A stretch of DNA of 64,000 bases, from contig CAIOGI010000001.1 of assembly GCA_903857825.1 (NCBI GenBank), positions 40,698 to 104,697 on the forward strand, given 5' to 3'. The notes beneath the pieces are model-generated. The model saw only the letters and a program-made list of their open reading frames with translations. It made no database searches and was not told where the DNA came from. The translations under genes were made by a program, and so were the position numbers. Shown in pieces: positions 18,373 to 28,346 of this stretch. Every line of letters begins with the position of its first letter. Positions within the stretch are counted from its first letter, which is position 1. The DNA comes from Candidatus Tayloriibacteriota bacterium (GTDB lineage: Bacteria; Patescibacteriota; Minisyncoccia; Phycocordibacterales; PALSA-1337).

Positions 18373-19493
18373 AATGGATTTTTTGCACCTCTAATCTCAA
18401 AGTGTATATGTGGTCCTGTTGACCTACCAGTAGATCCCAACTTTGCAATCATCTGTCCTTGCTCAACACTGTCTCCAACACTTACAAAGTTCTTCTGTGT
18501 ATGAGCATATAGTGTCTGAGATCCATTTGAATGTGAAATAATTGCATAATTACCATATCCACCATTGTATCCACCTGTCACACTGGCGATCACTATTCCT
18601 GCTGCAGAAGCTCTTATTGGAGTTCCTAGTGAAGCAGCCAGGTCAACAGCATTGTAACCATGCAAATCTTGAGACTTGTATCCTCCGACAATTGGACGAA
18701 TATAATATCCTGGGAAGTATTTACCATCAGCATCATGAAGGGGATTTGTGCTGGTTTTCTTTATCGCCAAAATCTTTGGAGTAGTTGCTGTATATGGTTC
18801 TGCGTCTGGAATTACAATAGTATCGCCAGGCATTATAACAGATGAAATTGTGAGATCATTGTATTGTAAGACTTCATTTAAATCTGTTTTGTATAGTTTA
18901 ACAATTCCTCTTATGGTATCACCCTTTTTGACAGTATAATTAATTCCAGAAATAGGCAAAATAACCAGCTTTTGACCTTCCTTTATTGTAAATCCTCTAG
19001 ACAGGTCGTTTGCCCAAATAATAGTATTCACAGTCACATCAAACATATCCGCAATCATTGAAAGAGTATCTCCCTCTCTAACGGTATAAAGACTTATTTG
19101 TGTATTTGTCCTTTCATTATCAATGTCTGACACTGTGCCCGAGGGTCCAATTTCTGCAACCAAAGAATTTCCAGATACGAGTGCTATATCCTCTGAAGTC
19201 TTGCCTGAATTTAATTCACGGTTAACGGCAGCCTGGAGAACTGGCATGCTTTGTGAGTTTGTGGCATTTTCTTCATCAAGAGTTTTGGCTGAAACCTTCT
19301 CATTTGTACTATCCATAAAATATGAAAAAAGGCCAGCATTCGTAGTTGCTGGGAGAGAAAAAGCTAAAGAAAATATAACAAAAAGAAATAAAGCAATCTT
19401 TGAAAAGATGCTTAAAAAGTTTATTTCCTTAGTATTATTTTTTTGTGAAAATTGCATAATATAAATAGGCTTTTGGCAATATCTGTATGACAT
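18369..19493 (-). CDS. Secreted LysM-domain M23 (LytM-type) peptidoglycan endopeptidase
   Basis: A signal/transmembrane N-terminus, two LysM-like repeats (YTVREGDTLSMIA..., YTVKKGDTIRGIV...) and M23 motifs HGYNAVDLA and GSTGRSTGPHIHFEI. Confidence 0.85.
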   Translation of the reverse strand: MSYRYCQKPIYIMQFSQKNNTKEINFLSIFSKIALFLFVIFSLAFSLPATTNAGLFSYFMDSTNEKVSAKTLDEENATNSQSMPVLQAAVNRELNSGKTSEDIALVSGNSLVAEIGPSGTVSDIDNERTNTQISLYTVREGDTLSMIADMFDVTVNTIIWANDLSRGFTIKEGQKLVILPISGINYTVKKGDTIRGIVKLYKTDLNEVLQYNDLTISSVIMPGDTIVIPDAEPYTATTPKILAIKKTSTNPLHDADGKYFPGYYIRPIVGGYKSQDLHGYNAVDLAASLGTPIRASAAGIVIASVTGGYNGGYGNYAIISHSNGSQTLYAHTQKNFVSVGDSVEQGQMIAKLGSTGRSTGPHIHFEIRGAKNPF

Positions 19494-19734
19494 CTATTAC
19501 GATGTGACGGAAGTATCAATCAATGCAGTAAATGGCTTTACTGAGCCACTCTTGTAACTATATTTAATAGGTACTTAATTAGACTACTTTAGCCCATAAC
19601 TAATGTCAATAGGCAGTGTGGAAAGAATATTTGATACAATCATTCTAGCAATCTGTCAAAAGCACAGTTGAAGTTGTTAAATATTATTGTCTAATATTTA
19701 TAAAAAACACGGTTAAGCATGTTATAGTTGTTTC

Positions 19735-21678
19735 ATGTCATCAGGAGAATTAAATCAGAGACAAAAAGAAGCGGTTGAGACCCTTGAAGGGCCCCTTCTT
19801 ATTCTTGCTGGCGCAGGTGCTGGCAAGACAAAGACCATAACCCACAGGATATTGAATCTTATAAAGTCTGGCATTCAGCCATCAAAGATCCTTGCCATAA
19901 CATTTACCAATAAGGCTGCCAAGGAGATGAGGGAACGAGTATTCGACCTGATTGAGAAAGACAAGAGTCTAAACATACCAATATCTTTCGCAGAAAGACC
20001 TTTTGTAAGCACGTTTCATTCACTTGGGGTTCATATAATCAAGGAAAATGCATCTTTATTGGGTATTACCAGACACTTCACCATATATGATCGCGGTGAT
20101 TCCAAAAGAGCAGTCAAGGACGCCCTTGAGCAAATAGGTTTAGATCCCAAACAGCATGATCCAGGAGCAATATTAAATGCTATATCTAGAGAAAAAGGTG
20201 ATGGGGTAACCTTTTCGGCTTATAGGGGAAAAAGTTCTAAAGAATTTTTTACAAAAATTGTTTCTCAAGTTTGGGAGAAGTATGAAGCGACCCTTCTGAA
20301 AGAGAAGTCGCTTGATTTCGACGATCTTTTATTAAAAACCGTGGTACTACTTGAAAATAATGAATCAGTGAGGGAGCATTATCAAAAAGTGTGGGAATAT
20401 ATTCATGTAGATGAATATCAAGACACAAATCAAGTACAGTATAAAATGGTACGCTTGCTAGGAGGACACAACAATGTGTGCGTTGTGGGGGACGGGGATC
20501 AAAACATATATTCATTTCGTGGTGCGAGTGTTAAAAATATTCTTGATTTTGAAAAAGATTTTCAGAATGCCAAAGTTATTACACTTGAAGAAAATTACAG
20601 GTCAACACAGACCATACTCACAGCAGCAAATAACGTCATAAAGAAAAATGTAATGCGTAGAGAAAAAAATCTCTATACAAAAAATGCTGAGGGTGAAAAA
20701 ATTGAATTATTAATTTCTTACATAGAGCAAGAAGAGGCCAGAATGGTTGCAGATGAGGCGAGAAAAAAAATTGATTCAGGAACCAATCCTAGGGATATAG
20801 CGGTCTTGTATAGGGCAAATTTTCAATCACGAGTCTTGGAGGAAGCATTTTTAAATAAAAACATTCCATATCAAGTCCTTGGAGTAAAGTTCTTTGAGAG
20901 AAGAGAGATTAAAGATGTCCTCTCATTTATCAAAGCATCTTTAAACAGAGACAGTACAAATGATTTAGTTAGAATTGTAAATGTTCCACCAAGGGGTATA
21001 GGGAAGGCCACGATTCTAAAGGTAATCACTGGGCAAGAAAATACGCTTGGACCAGCATTAAAAAATAAAGTTGCAACCTTTTTAAATTTGCTTGAAAGAA
21101 TAAAGGGTGTTGCATTAAAAGAGACACCATCACAATTAATAAAGTACATTATTCGCGAAAGTGGTATGGAAAATATATACAAAAATGGGACTTCGGAAGA
21201 GCAGGAAAAGCTTGAAAACCTTAGAGAATTAGTATCTGTAGCCACGCAATACGATTCATTACCTACTAACGAAGCTATAGAAAAGTTATTAGAAAATGCA
21301 GCATTAGCAACAGATCAAGATGAATTGGAAAAAGACAATAATGCTGTTCGTCTTATGACAGTTCACGCATCTAAGGGTCTTGAATTTGATTATGTATTTA
21401 TTGTTGGACTTGAGGAAGATCTATTCCCACATCAAAGATTAGGCAAGGAAGAGATAAGTATGTCCGAATCAGAAGAGGAACGTCGTCTTTTCTATGTAGC
21501 ATTGACTAGAGCAAGAAAAAAAGTATTCTTGAGTTATGCCCAACTTAGAACTATTTATGGCGCACAAAAAGTTAACGCTCCGTCAAGCTTTATTTCTGAT
21601 ATCGGAGACGAACACATAACGTCTGTTGGTGATGTGGAGGCCCCTAGAGGAATAAAGGCAATCTTCATCGACTTTTAA
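19735..21678 (+). CDS. pcrA: ATP-dependent DNA helicase PcrA/UvrD/Rep
   Basis: AGAGAGKTKT (Walker A), VDEYQDTN, and helicase motifs through to the C-terminus. Confidence 0.9.
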   Translation: MSSGELNQRQKEAVETLEGPLLILAGAGAGKTKTITHRILNLIKSGIQPSKILAITFTNKAAKEMRERVFDLIEKDKSLNIPISFAERPFVSTFHSLGVHIIKENASLLGITRHFTIYDRGDSKRAVKDALEQIGLDPKQHDPGAILNAISREKGDGVTFSAYRGKSSKEFFTKIVSQVWEKYEATLLKEKSLDFDDLLLKTVVLLENNESVREHYQKVWEYIHVDEYQDTNQVQYKMVRLLGGHNNVCVVGDGDQNIYSFRGASVKNILDFEKDFQNAKVITLEENYRSTQTILTAANNVIKKNVMRREKNLYTKNAEGEKIELLISYIEQEEARMVADEARKKIDSGTNPRDIAVLYRANFQSRVLEEAFLNKNIPYQVLGVKFFERREIKDVLSFIKASLNRDSTNDLVRIVNVPPRGIGKATILKVITGQENTLGPALKNKVATFLNLLERIKGVALKETPSQLIKYIIRESGMENIYKNGTSEEQEKLENLRELVSVATQYDSLPTNEAIEKLLENAALATDQDELEKDNNAVRLMTVHASKGLEFDYVFIVGLEEDLFPHQRLGKEEISMSESEEERRLFYVALTRARKKVFLSYAQLRTIYGAQKVNAPSSFISDIGDEHITSVGDVEAPRGIKAIFIDF

Positions 21679-21694
21679 AATAAACAAAATCATA

Positions 21695-22477
21695 ATGAAT
21701 AATAATTTCACTGCAAAAAAGTCTTTGGGTCAAAACTTTCTTCACGCACCGAATGTTATTTCTGCAATGGTTCATGCTGGAGAAATTTCTAAAGAAAATA
21801 CCGTGCTTGAGGTTGGTCCGGGGAAGGGCGCTTTGACGATAAAACTTTTAGAGACCGGTGTACACGTTATTGCAATCGAAAAAGACGATAGGGCTATTCC
21901 ATTTTTAGAAGAAAAGTTTTCTAACGAGATAAAAAGTGGTCAGCTCGAACTAATTCATGAAGATGTACTATCTTTTAACGAAAAAAGATTGAGTAACTAT
22001 ATTCTAATAGCAAATATTCCATATTATATAACTGGAGAATTTATGAGAAAGTTTCTAGAGACTTCAAATCCGCCTATAAGGATGGTTGTAATGCTTCAGA
22101 AGGAAGTAGCAAAAAGGATAGTTGATGCGAAGGGGAGCATTCTTTCTTTATCAATAAAGTCATATGGTGAACCGAAATATCTAGTAACTGTACCGAAAAA
22201 GTTCTTTAGACCGATACCAAATGTTGATTCCGCCGTGCTTATTGTTAATAACATATCAAAAAGATACTTTACGGAGTCTGGCATAAATGAAAAATACTTT
22301 TTTGATGTAATAAAAACTGCTTTTGCTCACAAAAGAAAGGTTGTTATAAAAAATCTAGAGCAAATAATACCAAGAGAAAAGCTAAATCTCATATGGGAAA
22401 GAGAAAATCTATCTACCAATGCGAGAGCAGAGGACTTATCCACTGAAATGTGGAAAAAAATCGTAGGAAATCCATAA
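21695..22477 (+). CDS. rsmA: 16S rRNA (adenine1518/1519-N6)-dimethyltransferase
   Basis: KSLGQNFLHAPNV, VLEVGPGKGALT and NIPYYIT. Confidence 0.9.
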   Translation: MNNNFTAKKSLGQNFLHAPNVISAMVHAGEISKENTVLEVGPGKGALTIKLLETGVHVIAIEKDDRAIPFLEEKFSNEIKSGQLELIHEDVLSFNEKRLSNYILIANIPYYITGEFMRKFLETSNPPIRMVVMLQKEVAKRIVDAKGSILSLSIKSYGEPKYLVTVPKKFFRPIPNVDSAVLIVNNISKRYFTESGINEKYFFDVIKTAFAHKRKVVIKNLEQIIPREKLNLIWERENLSTNARAEDLSTEMWKKIVGNP

Positions 22478-22480
22478 AAC
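22441..22480 (+). repeat. Direct-repeat copy 1 (the authentic rsmA 3' end), ggacttatccactgaaatgtggaaaaaaatcRtaggaaat
   Basis: It is 40 bp long and is repeated at 23775-23814 with one mismatch. Confidence 0.75.
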
Positions 22481-22542
22481 GGCTATAAATAGGGGTATTT
22501 TATTAACAAAAACCATATGTAATATAATACTTTACATTTGGT

Positions 22543-23763
22543 ATGACTTGGTGTAATATGATAGTTACAATGAATAAGACATATTATAAAAGAAAAATTT
22601 ATTCGGCTCTTAAAGAGCATATGAACAGTAATGATGTGACGATTATTACTGGTATGCGTCGTACTGGAAAAACAACCCTGGTAGAACATTTATTAAGCGA
22701 AATTGACTCAAAAAATAAAATATTTCTAGATCTAGAGAAAATTAGTAATCAAGAACTATTTTCAGATAAAAACTATGATAATGTGATCATAAATCTAGAA
22801 CGGAGAGGCCTCACACAAAAAGAGAGAATGTTTGTGGCCCTTGATGAAATACAAACGATGCAAAATATTCCGAGTGTTATAAAGTATTTACATGATCATT
22901 ATAATATAAAGTTTATTCTGACTGGTTCAAGCTCTTATTACTTGAAAAACCAGTTCACTGAGTCCCTAGCTGGCAGAAAAATGCTTTTCGAACTTTTCCC
23001 TCTTGATTTTAGTGAATTTTTAACATTTAAAGAGATTCCGCACATAGCAACTAAAAATATTGAATTAATCAAGTCATTCGATACTAATGAATTTGATAGA
23101 TTGAAAGCATATTACGAAGAATACATAGAGTTCGGTGGTTTTCCAAAAGTTGTACTTGCACAAAAAATCGAAGAAAAGAAAAATATATTAGATGATATTA
23201 TAAGTTCATATATTAATATTGATATAAAAAGTATTGCTGATTTTAAAGAAAGCTCTTCAATAATAAATATAGCTAAAATGTTGGCTGGAAGAATAGGGAA
23301 TAAGCTAGATTATTCTAAAATATCACATCTTACAGGCCTTTCTCGACCAACAGTGCAAAATTATATTAGTTTATTTGAACAGACCTATCTCATTTCTCTG
23401 GTACCAGTCTTTACAAAGAATCAAGACAGAGAGATAGTAAAAGCCCAAAAAATATACTTCTCAGACAATGGTCTAGCCGGAATCCTTGCCGACATTGACA
23501 GTGGATCAAAGTTTGAAAATGCTATTTTCAATCAACTTCGTAAAAAAAATAATATAAAATATTTTTCATTAAAAAATGGCAATGAAATAGACTTTATAAT
23601 GGACAATAAACTAGGTTTAGAGGTAAAGGAAACACCCACAGGACATGATTTGAAAGATTTAAGTAATTTGTCTGAAAAAGCGGGAATAAGTTCATATAAA
23701 TTAGTTGGTAGACACAAAACACCAAATTTTTCTGAATATATGTGGGGAGGCAATATTCTATAA
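22543..23763 (+). CDS. AAA-domain ATPase with a C-terminal DUF4143-type domain. It is the cargo of a direct-repeat-flanked insertion.
   Basis: TGMRRTGKTT (Walker A) and FVALDEIQ (Walker B) in the architecture typical of the AAA_14/DUF4143 family. Confidence 0.7.
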   Translation: MTWCNMIVTMNKTYYKRKIYSALKEHMNSNDVTIITGMRRTGKTTLVEHLLSEIDSKNKIFLDLEKISNQELFSDKNYDNVIINLERRGLTQKERMFVALDEIQTMQNIPSVIKYLHDHYNIKFILTGSSSYYLKNQFTESLAGRKMLFELFPLDFSEFLTFKEIPHIATKNIELIKSFDTNEFDRLKAYYEEYIEFGGFPKVVLAQKIEEKKNILDDIISSYINIDIKSIADFKESSSIINIAKMLAGRIGNKLDYSKISHLTGLSRPTVQNYISLFEQTYLISLVPVFTKNQDREIVKAQKIYFSDNGLAGILADIDSGSKFENAIFNQLRKKNNIKYFSLKNGNEIDFIMDNKLGLEVKETPTGHDLKDLSNLSEKAGISSYKLVGRHKTPNFSEYMWGGNIL

Positions 23764-23774
23764 TAGACAAATAT

Positions 23775-23814
23775 GGACTTATCCACTGAAATGTGGAAAA
23801 AAATCATAGGAAAT
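23775..23814 (+). repeat. Direct-repeat copy 2. It is a pseudo 3' end of rsmA encoding ...LSTEMWKKIIGNN*.
   Basis: See the feature at 22441-22480. Confidence 0.75.
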
Positions 23815-23871
23815 AATTAGGTTTATTGATATAATTTCATAGGTATTTTAAATAATTTTAAATACTACCCC

Positions 23872-24753
23872 GTGAAGTATTCAACAAAAAAACCTGGAGC
23901 AAAAAATGTACTAATGATCCTGGTCGCCATCCTCCTGGTTGGTGGAGCTTTTACTTATGCGGAATATTCTAATAAAGAGGCAGAAACTGTATATAGTAAG
24001 CCAGATATTGAGATTGGAACTTCTACAAGTCAGTCCTATCAAAATTCACAGGATAGTACTGATTGGAAGAGAATACTTCTCGCCACGGACACTGTTGCAT
24101 CTAGTTCTGTTAATGATTTAACAAAAAAGCCAGCCCCTCTAACCCCCGCAGACCTATTGGCAAGAGATTTTTTTGCTAGATATATGGAATTAAAACAAAC
24201 AGGAGATACTGCAGATGAGGCCAGCAGACAAGAACTCATCAACAAAGTACTTCAAAATGGAACACTTGTTGCGACGCCGAAGGTCTACAGCCATGGTGAT
24301 ATTAAGACAAAAGTAGACAGTAGCACTGAATCCCTAAAGACTTACTACAATCAACTAGGAACAGTAGTAAAAACATATTCAATACAATACAGAAATGAAG
24401 CCATCATAGCCAAAGAGGCATTTGATAAGGCTGATATGAGCATACTCAAGGAGCTTGACCCAATTATTAAGAATAATAAGGCTCAACTTGATGCGTTTTT
24501 AAAAATTGTGGTTCCACAAACCGTTGTAAAAACACATTTAGATCTTGTAAACACAATGAGCTCTATAGTTTACATGGATGAAGGATTTAGAAACTCTGCA
24601 AATGACCCTTTTGCTGGCATACAATCAACCAGTTTGGTATTAAAAAATAATGACAGCCTTGTTTTGATACTAAAAAGCATTCAGAATACAATTTTTTCAA
24701 ATGATATTACCTTTACGCCCTCTGAAAATGGTTCATTGTTTACAAAACTATAA
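23872..24753 (+). CDS. Hypothetical membrane-anchored protein (an N-terminal transmembrane/signal anchor). An alternative ATG lies at 23914.
   Basis: The hydrophobic stretch LMILVAILLVGGAF. It is the first gene of a long co-directional envelope gene cluster. Confidence 0.4.
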   Translation: MKYSTKKPGAKNVLMILVAILLVGGAFTYAEYSNKEAETVYSKPDIEIGTSTSQSYQNSQDSTDWKRILLATDTVASSSVNDLTKKPAPLTPADLLARDFFARYMELKQTGDTADEASRQELINKVLQNGTLVATPKVYSHGDIKTKVDSSTESLKTYYNQLGTVVKTYSIQYRNEAIIAKEAFDKADMSILKELDPIIKNNKAQLDAFLKIVVPQTVVKTHLDLVNTMSSIVYMDEGFRNSANDPFAGIQSTSLVLKNNDSLVLILKSIQNTIFSNDITFTPSENGSLFTKL

Positions 24754-24758
24754 AATAT

Positions 24759-26321
24759 ATGAGAATTAATTTTTATAAAAAATTCATTCCGGCAATACTC
24801 ATGATAACGCTTCTTGCCCAACCGCTATTCTTTTTGAAGCCAGCGAAAGCAAGCGCAATCCCCGTAGTTGATGCCGGGGTTATAGCACAATTGGTTATTG
24901 CAAATATTTCTCTAGGAACACTGGTGGGGCAGTCAACTGCAGCTAATCTAAAAACCTTTACACTTGACGGCCTCGCTTGGATGCTTGCAAAAATGATAGT
25001 GCAACAAATAACAGTTAGTACTGTAAACTGGATCAACTCTGGCTTTGAAGGAAGCCCTGCCTTTGTAGAAAATCCTGGTTCATTTTTTCTTGATGTGGCT
25101 GATCAAGCAACAGGTCAGTTCATTACTGGAGGCCTTTTAGCGGATATGTGTTCACCATTTAGCATAGATATAAAAATAGCTCTTTCTTTTAAGTACAGAC
25201 CATACACACCAAAGAGGTACGCTTGTACAATAAGTACAATAATGAGAAATATGGTTAATGCAGGAAAAAATGCATCTATAAATGGGTTTACTGCTGGAGA
25301 TTTTAAACAGGGAGGGTGGCCGGCTTTTGCCTCACTGACAACAGAGCCACAAAATAATATATATGGTTCATATCTGCAAGCAGAAAGCGATCTATCATTC
25401 CGTGTAGCCTCGATACAAGGACAAAAGAAAGACGAGCTAGGAGCTGGAAGAGGATTCCTTTCAAAAGAGGTGTGTACAGAAAAAACTGTTGAAAGTTCTG
25501 ATTTTGAGGGAAATGTATCTAGTCAGCTAGTCAAAGACTGCAAGGTACAAACCCCTGGTTCAGTGATCGCTGGCACACTGGATAATCAACTCGCATCAGC
25601 CGGTCACTCACTTGAGCTTGCAGACTCAATAAATGAAATTGTTGGTGCTCTTTTTGCACAATTGGTAACAAAAGTTCTTCAGGGTGGACTTGGTGGATCA
25701 AGTGGTGGCGGTGCGGGTGATTCAGAATCATATATGAATCAAGTTCGTGATGAAATAAAGGGAAGTTCAGAACAAGTAGAATCAATAAAGGTAAAGCTCC
25801 TTGATCAAATAAAAACAATGACAATGCCTTCAAGTGCATACATGGATGCAAAAACATCATCACTAAACCTATTCCTTAATATAAAAGGCACATTTGATAA
25901 GGCTAGAAGCTGTTATGCAGCAAAAATTATTTATCTAACTTCATTACCAACTACGCCACACAATTCTGGATTAATTCAGCAGTATCGAAATCAAATAAGT
26001 ACAATTGATTCGACCGTAGCATCAACAATCACTCCACTAGTCACAAGATTACAGGCTGAAAAAGATGCGGCGTACAGAACGTCCTCCAATCTTACGCGTA
26101 TTGAAAATACTATAAGGGCGGCTGCAACATTAAATGATTTGATTGAACCTAGTCAAACCCTGTCCCAAATGGAGACGATAACAGGAGCAAATATGACAAT
26201 CAAAACACAGGAAGCAAAAAATGAGTATGAACAATTACGAAATGATGTTGCGCCTGACTTAAATCAGACCGCCAGATCTATGCTAAACAACTGCCTAGCA
26301 CAACCAGGTCCTTCTATATAA
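24759..26321 (+). CDS. Secreted protein (signal peptide) with a Gly-rich linker and a C-terminal coiled-coil. It is a component of the T4SS-like cluster.
   Basis: The signal peptide is MRINFYKKFIPAILMITLLAQPLFFLKPAKASA. No enzymatic motif. Confidence 0.45.
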   Translation: MRINFYKKFIPAILMITLLAQPLFFLKPAKASAIPVVDAGVIAQLVIANISLGTLVGQSTAANLKTFTLDGLAWMLAKMIVQQITVSTVNWINSGFEGSPAFVENPGSFFLDVADQATGQFITGGLLADMCSPFSIDIKIALSFKYRPYTPKRYACTISTIMRNMVNAGKNASINGFTAGDFKQGGWPAFASLTTEPQNNIYGSYLQAESDLSFRVASIQGQKKDELGAGRGFLSKEVCTEKTVESSDFEGNVSSQLVKDCKVQTPGSVIAGTLDNQLASAGHSLELADSINEIVGALFAQLVTKVLQGGLGGSSGGGAGDSESYMNQVRDEIKGSSEQVESIKVKLLDQIKTMTMPSSAYMDAKTSSLNLFLNIKGTFDKARSCYAAKIIYLTSLPTTPHNSGLIQQYRNQISTIDSTVASTITPLVTRLQAEKDAAYRTSSNLTRIENTIRAAATLNDLIEPSQTLSQMETITGANMTIKTQEAKNEYEQLRNDVAPDLNQTARSMLNNCLAQPGPSI

Positions 26322-28330
26322 TGAAATTAATGAAAAAATTCTTTGCTACAATTCTAGTAATAATAATGGTCCTAACTGTAATGGGAGTAGTTACTGTTCC
26401 ACAAACAGCGAATGCAGCTTGTGCAAATCTTCTAAGTTTTAATTTCGGCGAATGTGTTACAGAGGGTACGGCTTGGGTGGGAAATATTCTATTAACCATG
26501 ATGAGTTATTTATTAACAGTTACTGGAACAATTCTAAGCTTTTCGATAAAAATAACACTAAATATAAAAAATATATACGACGGAACTCCAGCAATAAATA
26601 ATGTCTGGGTAATTGTGAGAAACTTGTCGAGCATGTTTATCATATTTATGCTTATGTATAGTTCGATACAAACTATTTTAGGAATAGGAAGTGCAAATGT
26701 TAAAACACTTATTGGAAAAATAATTATTGCTGGTCTACTAATAAACTTTAGTCTTTTCTTTACCAAAGTAGCCATAGATGCTTCAAATCTTATATCAATG
26801 CAATTTTATAGAGCAATAGCGCCACAGTCTGCGTCTCAAAATCTAAGCGGCTGGTCTAATGAATACTACGATGGGGGTCTATCAGACGTATTCATGTCTG
26901 CGCTAAAAATTCAAAGCATCTATCATCCAAGCAATACTGAAATAAAAAATGCTGGAAGCAAGGGGGAGGGAACAGTATGGATGTCAATAATAATAGCGAC
27001 TTATGGCGGAGTACTACTCATGTTGTTTGCAGCAATAAGTTTCTTGGGTGCTTCTGTAGCATTTACAATACGAACTGGTATGCTACTTCTATTAATGGCA
27101 TTTTCTCCTATATATTTCGCTGGAATGATATTCCCAAAAATTAAAAGTGATATTTCTGATAAATGGCTTAAATACCTTACTAATCAGCTTATTTTTATGC
27201 CTGTTTATCTCCTATTGATGTATGTGGCACTAACGATTGTAAGTGACAAAGGTTTTATGTCGTTCATAAGTAGTGGGAATCTCCAAGACAATGCTAAGGG
27301 CTCAGTTGTTATACTTATCGGTATTTGTATTCAGTATTTTATTGCAATATTCTTTATAAACGTACCTCTTATAGGAGCACTGCAGTCCGGGGCTATGGGA
27401 GCTGGTTTTGCAGAGAGCATGACAAAAGGTCTGAAAGATAGAATATATAAACAACCAGGGGCAGTGGCTTCATTTGCGGCTCAACACGGTGTTGGTCGTG
27501 GGGCTAGAGCTATTTCAGAGAGGCTGGCAACAAGCAATTTTGCCGCAAGGAATCCTTCATTGGCAATAATGGCTGATAAGGGATTAGGGAAGATTTCTGG
27601 AAACGCATTTGGTGGAAAAAAGGGTGGATATGATAAGAGGGTGGCTGAGTATGTTAAAGAAAGATCTGAATATGCAACAAAAAGATATGGACTGACGACA
27701 GACAAGAAACAAGACATTGAACAAGCAACTGAAAAAGAATTGAAGGGTAAAATGGCAGAATGGGCTGAAAATAAAAATCAAAAAATAAAGGAGTCAGAGA
27801 ACAATGCCAGTGTAGCAAAAGATTTACTATTAAACTTAGAAAAAGAAAACTCTAGAATAGCAGGTGAAGCCGCCTCACTTCAGAAAGAATATAGCGATGC
27901 AAAAGTCTTGTCAGGCGAAGATAGTCCACTAACAATAAAAATAAAGGATAGATTAGATGAAATAAATAAAATATTAAAAGAAAAGACTAAACAGATTGAA
28001 AATTCACGTCAAGCTATTAAAAATACTGAGAAAGAATTTGAAAAAGCAAACTTTGAAGCAAGCGAGCTAGCTAAGACTAGACATGAAGCCAGTCAAAAAA
28101 TAGAAATTGAGAAGAGGATAAAGAAGGAAACACGAGAGGGTGTGTCCGAAAAATTTGCTGAAAACCTTGATCAGGATTGGAATCCATTTACAAGAGAGGC
28201 AAGCAAGAAAGCTGCGAATGCAATTAGAGCTGGTAAACTCAAATCAGAACAGGAAATTAATTATGAAAAGGCATTAAAAGACTTAACTAGTGGGTTTGTA
28301 AAGAAAGAGGATGATGATGAGAAGAAATAA
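26321..28330 (+). CDS. Polytopic inner-membrane protein resembling VirB6/TrbL, with a long C-terminal coiled-coil tail
   Basis: A signal peptide, about six transmembrane helices, then a K/E-rich coiled-coil of roughly 200 aa. It lies in the same operon as a VirB4-like ATPase. Confidence 0.5.
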   Translation: MKLMKKFFATILVIIMVLTVMGVVTVPQTANAACANLLSFNFGECVTEGTAWVGNILLTMMSYLLTVTGTILSFSIKITLNIKNIYDGTPAINNVWVIVRNLSSMFIIFMLMYSSIQTILGIGSANVKTLIGKIIIAGLLINFSLFFTKVAIDASNLISMQFYRAIAPQSASQNLSGWSNEYYDGGLSDVFMSALKIQSIYHPSNTEIKNAGSKGEGTVWMSIIIATYGGVLLMLFAAISFLGASVAFTIRTGMLLLLMAFSPIYFAGMIFPKIKSDISDKWLKYLTNQLIFMPVYLLLMYVALTIVSDKGFMSFISSGNLQDNAKGSVVILIGICIQYFIAIFFINVPLIGALQSGAMGAGFAESMTKGLKDRIYKQPGAVASFAAQHGVGRGARAISERLATSNFAARNPSLAIMADKGLGKISGNAFGGKKGGYDKRVAEYVKERSEYATKRYGLTTDKKQDIEQATEKELKGKMAEWAENKNQKIKESENNASVAKDLLLNLEKENSRIAGEAASLQKEYSDAKVLSGEDSPLTIKIKDRLDEINKILKEKTKQIENSRQAIKNTEKEFEKANFEASELAKTRHEASQKIEIEKRIKKETREGVSEKFAENLDQDWNPFTREASKKAANAIRAGKLKSEQEINYEKALKDLTSGFVKKEDDDEKK

Positions 28331-28346
28331 GATAAAAATATAAAAT

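Noticed and set aside
19494-19734. 240-bp gap upstream of pcrA with a short hairpin (gacatc...gatgt)
   Set aside because: It has only a 5-bp stem and no conserved ncRNA motif that I could recognise. It is likely just the promoter region.
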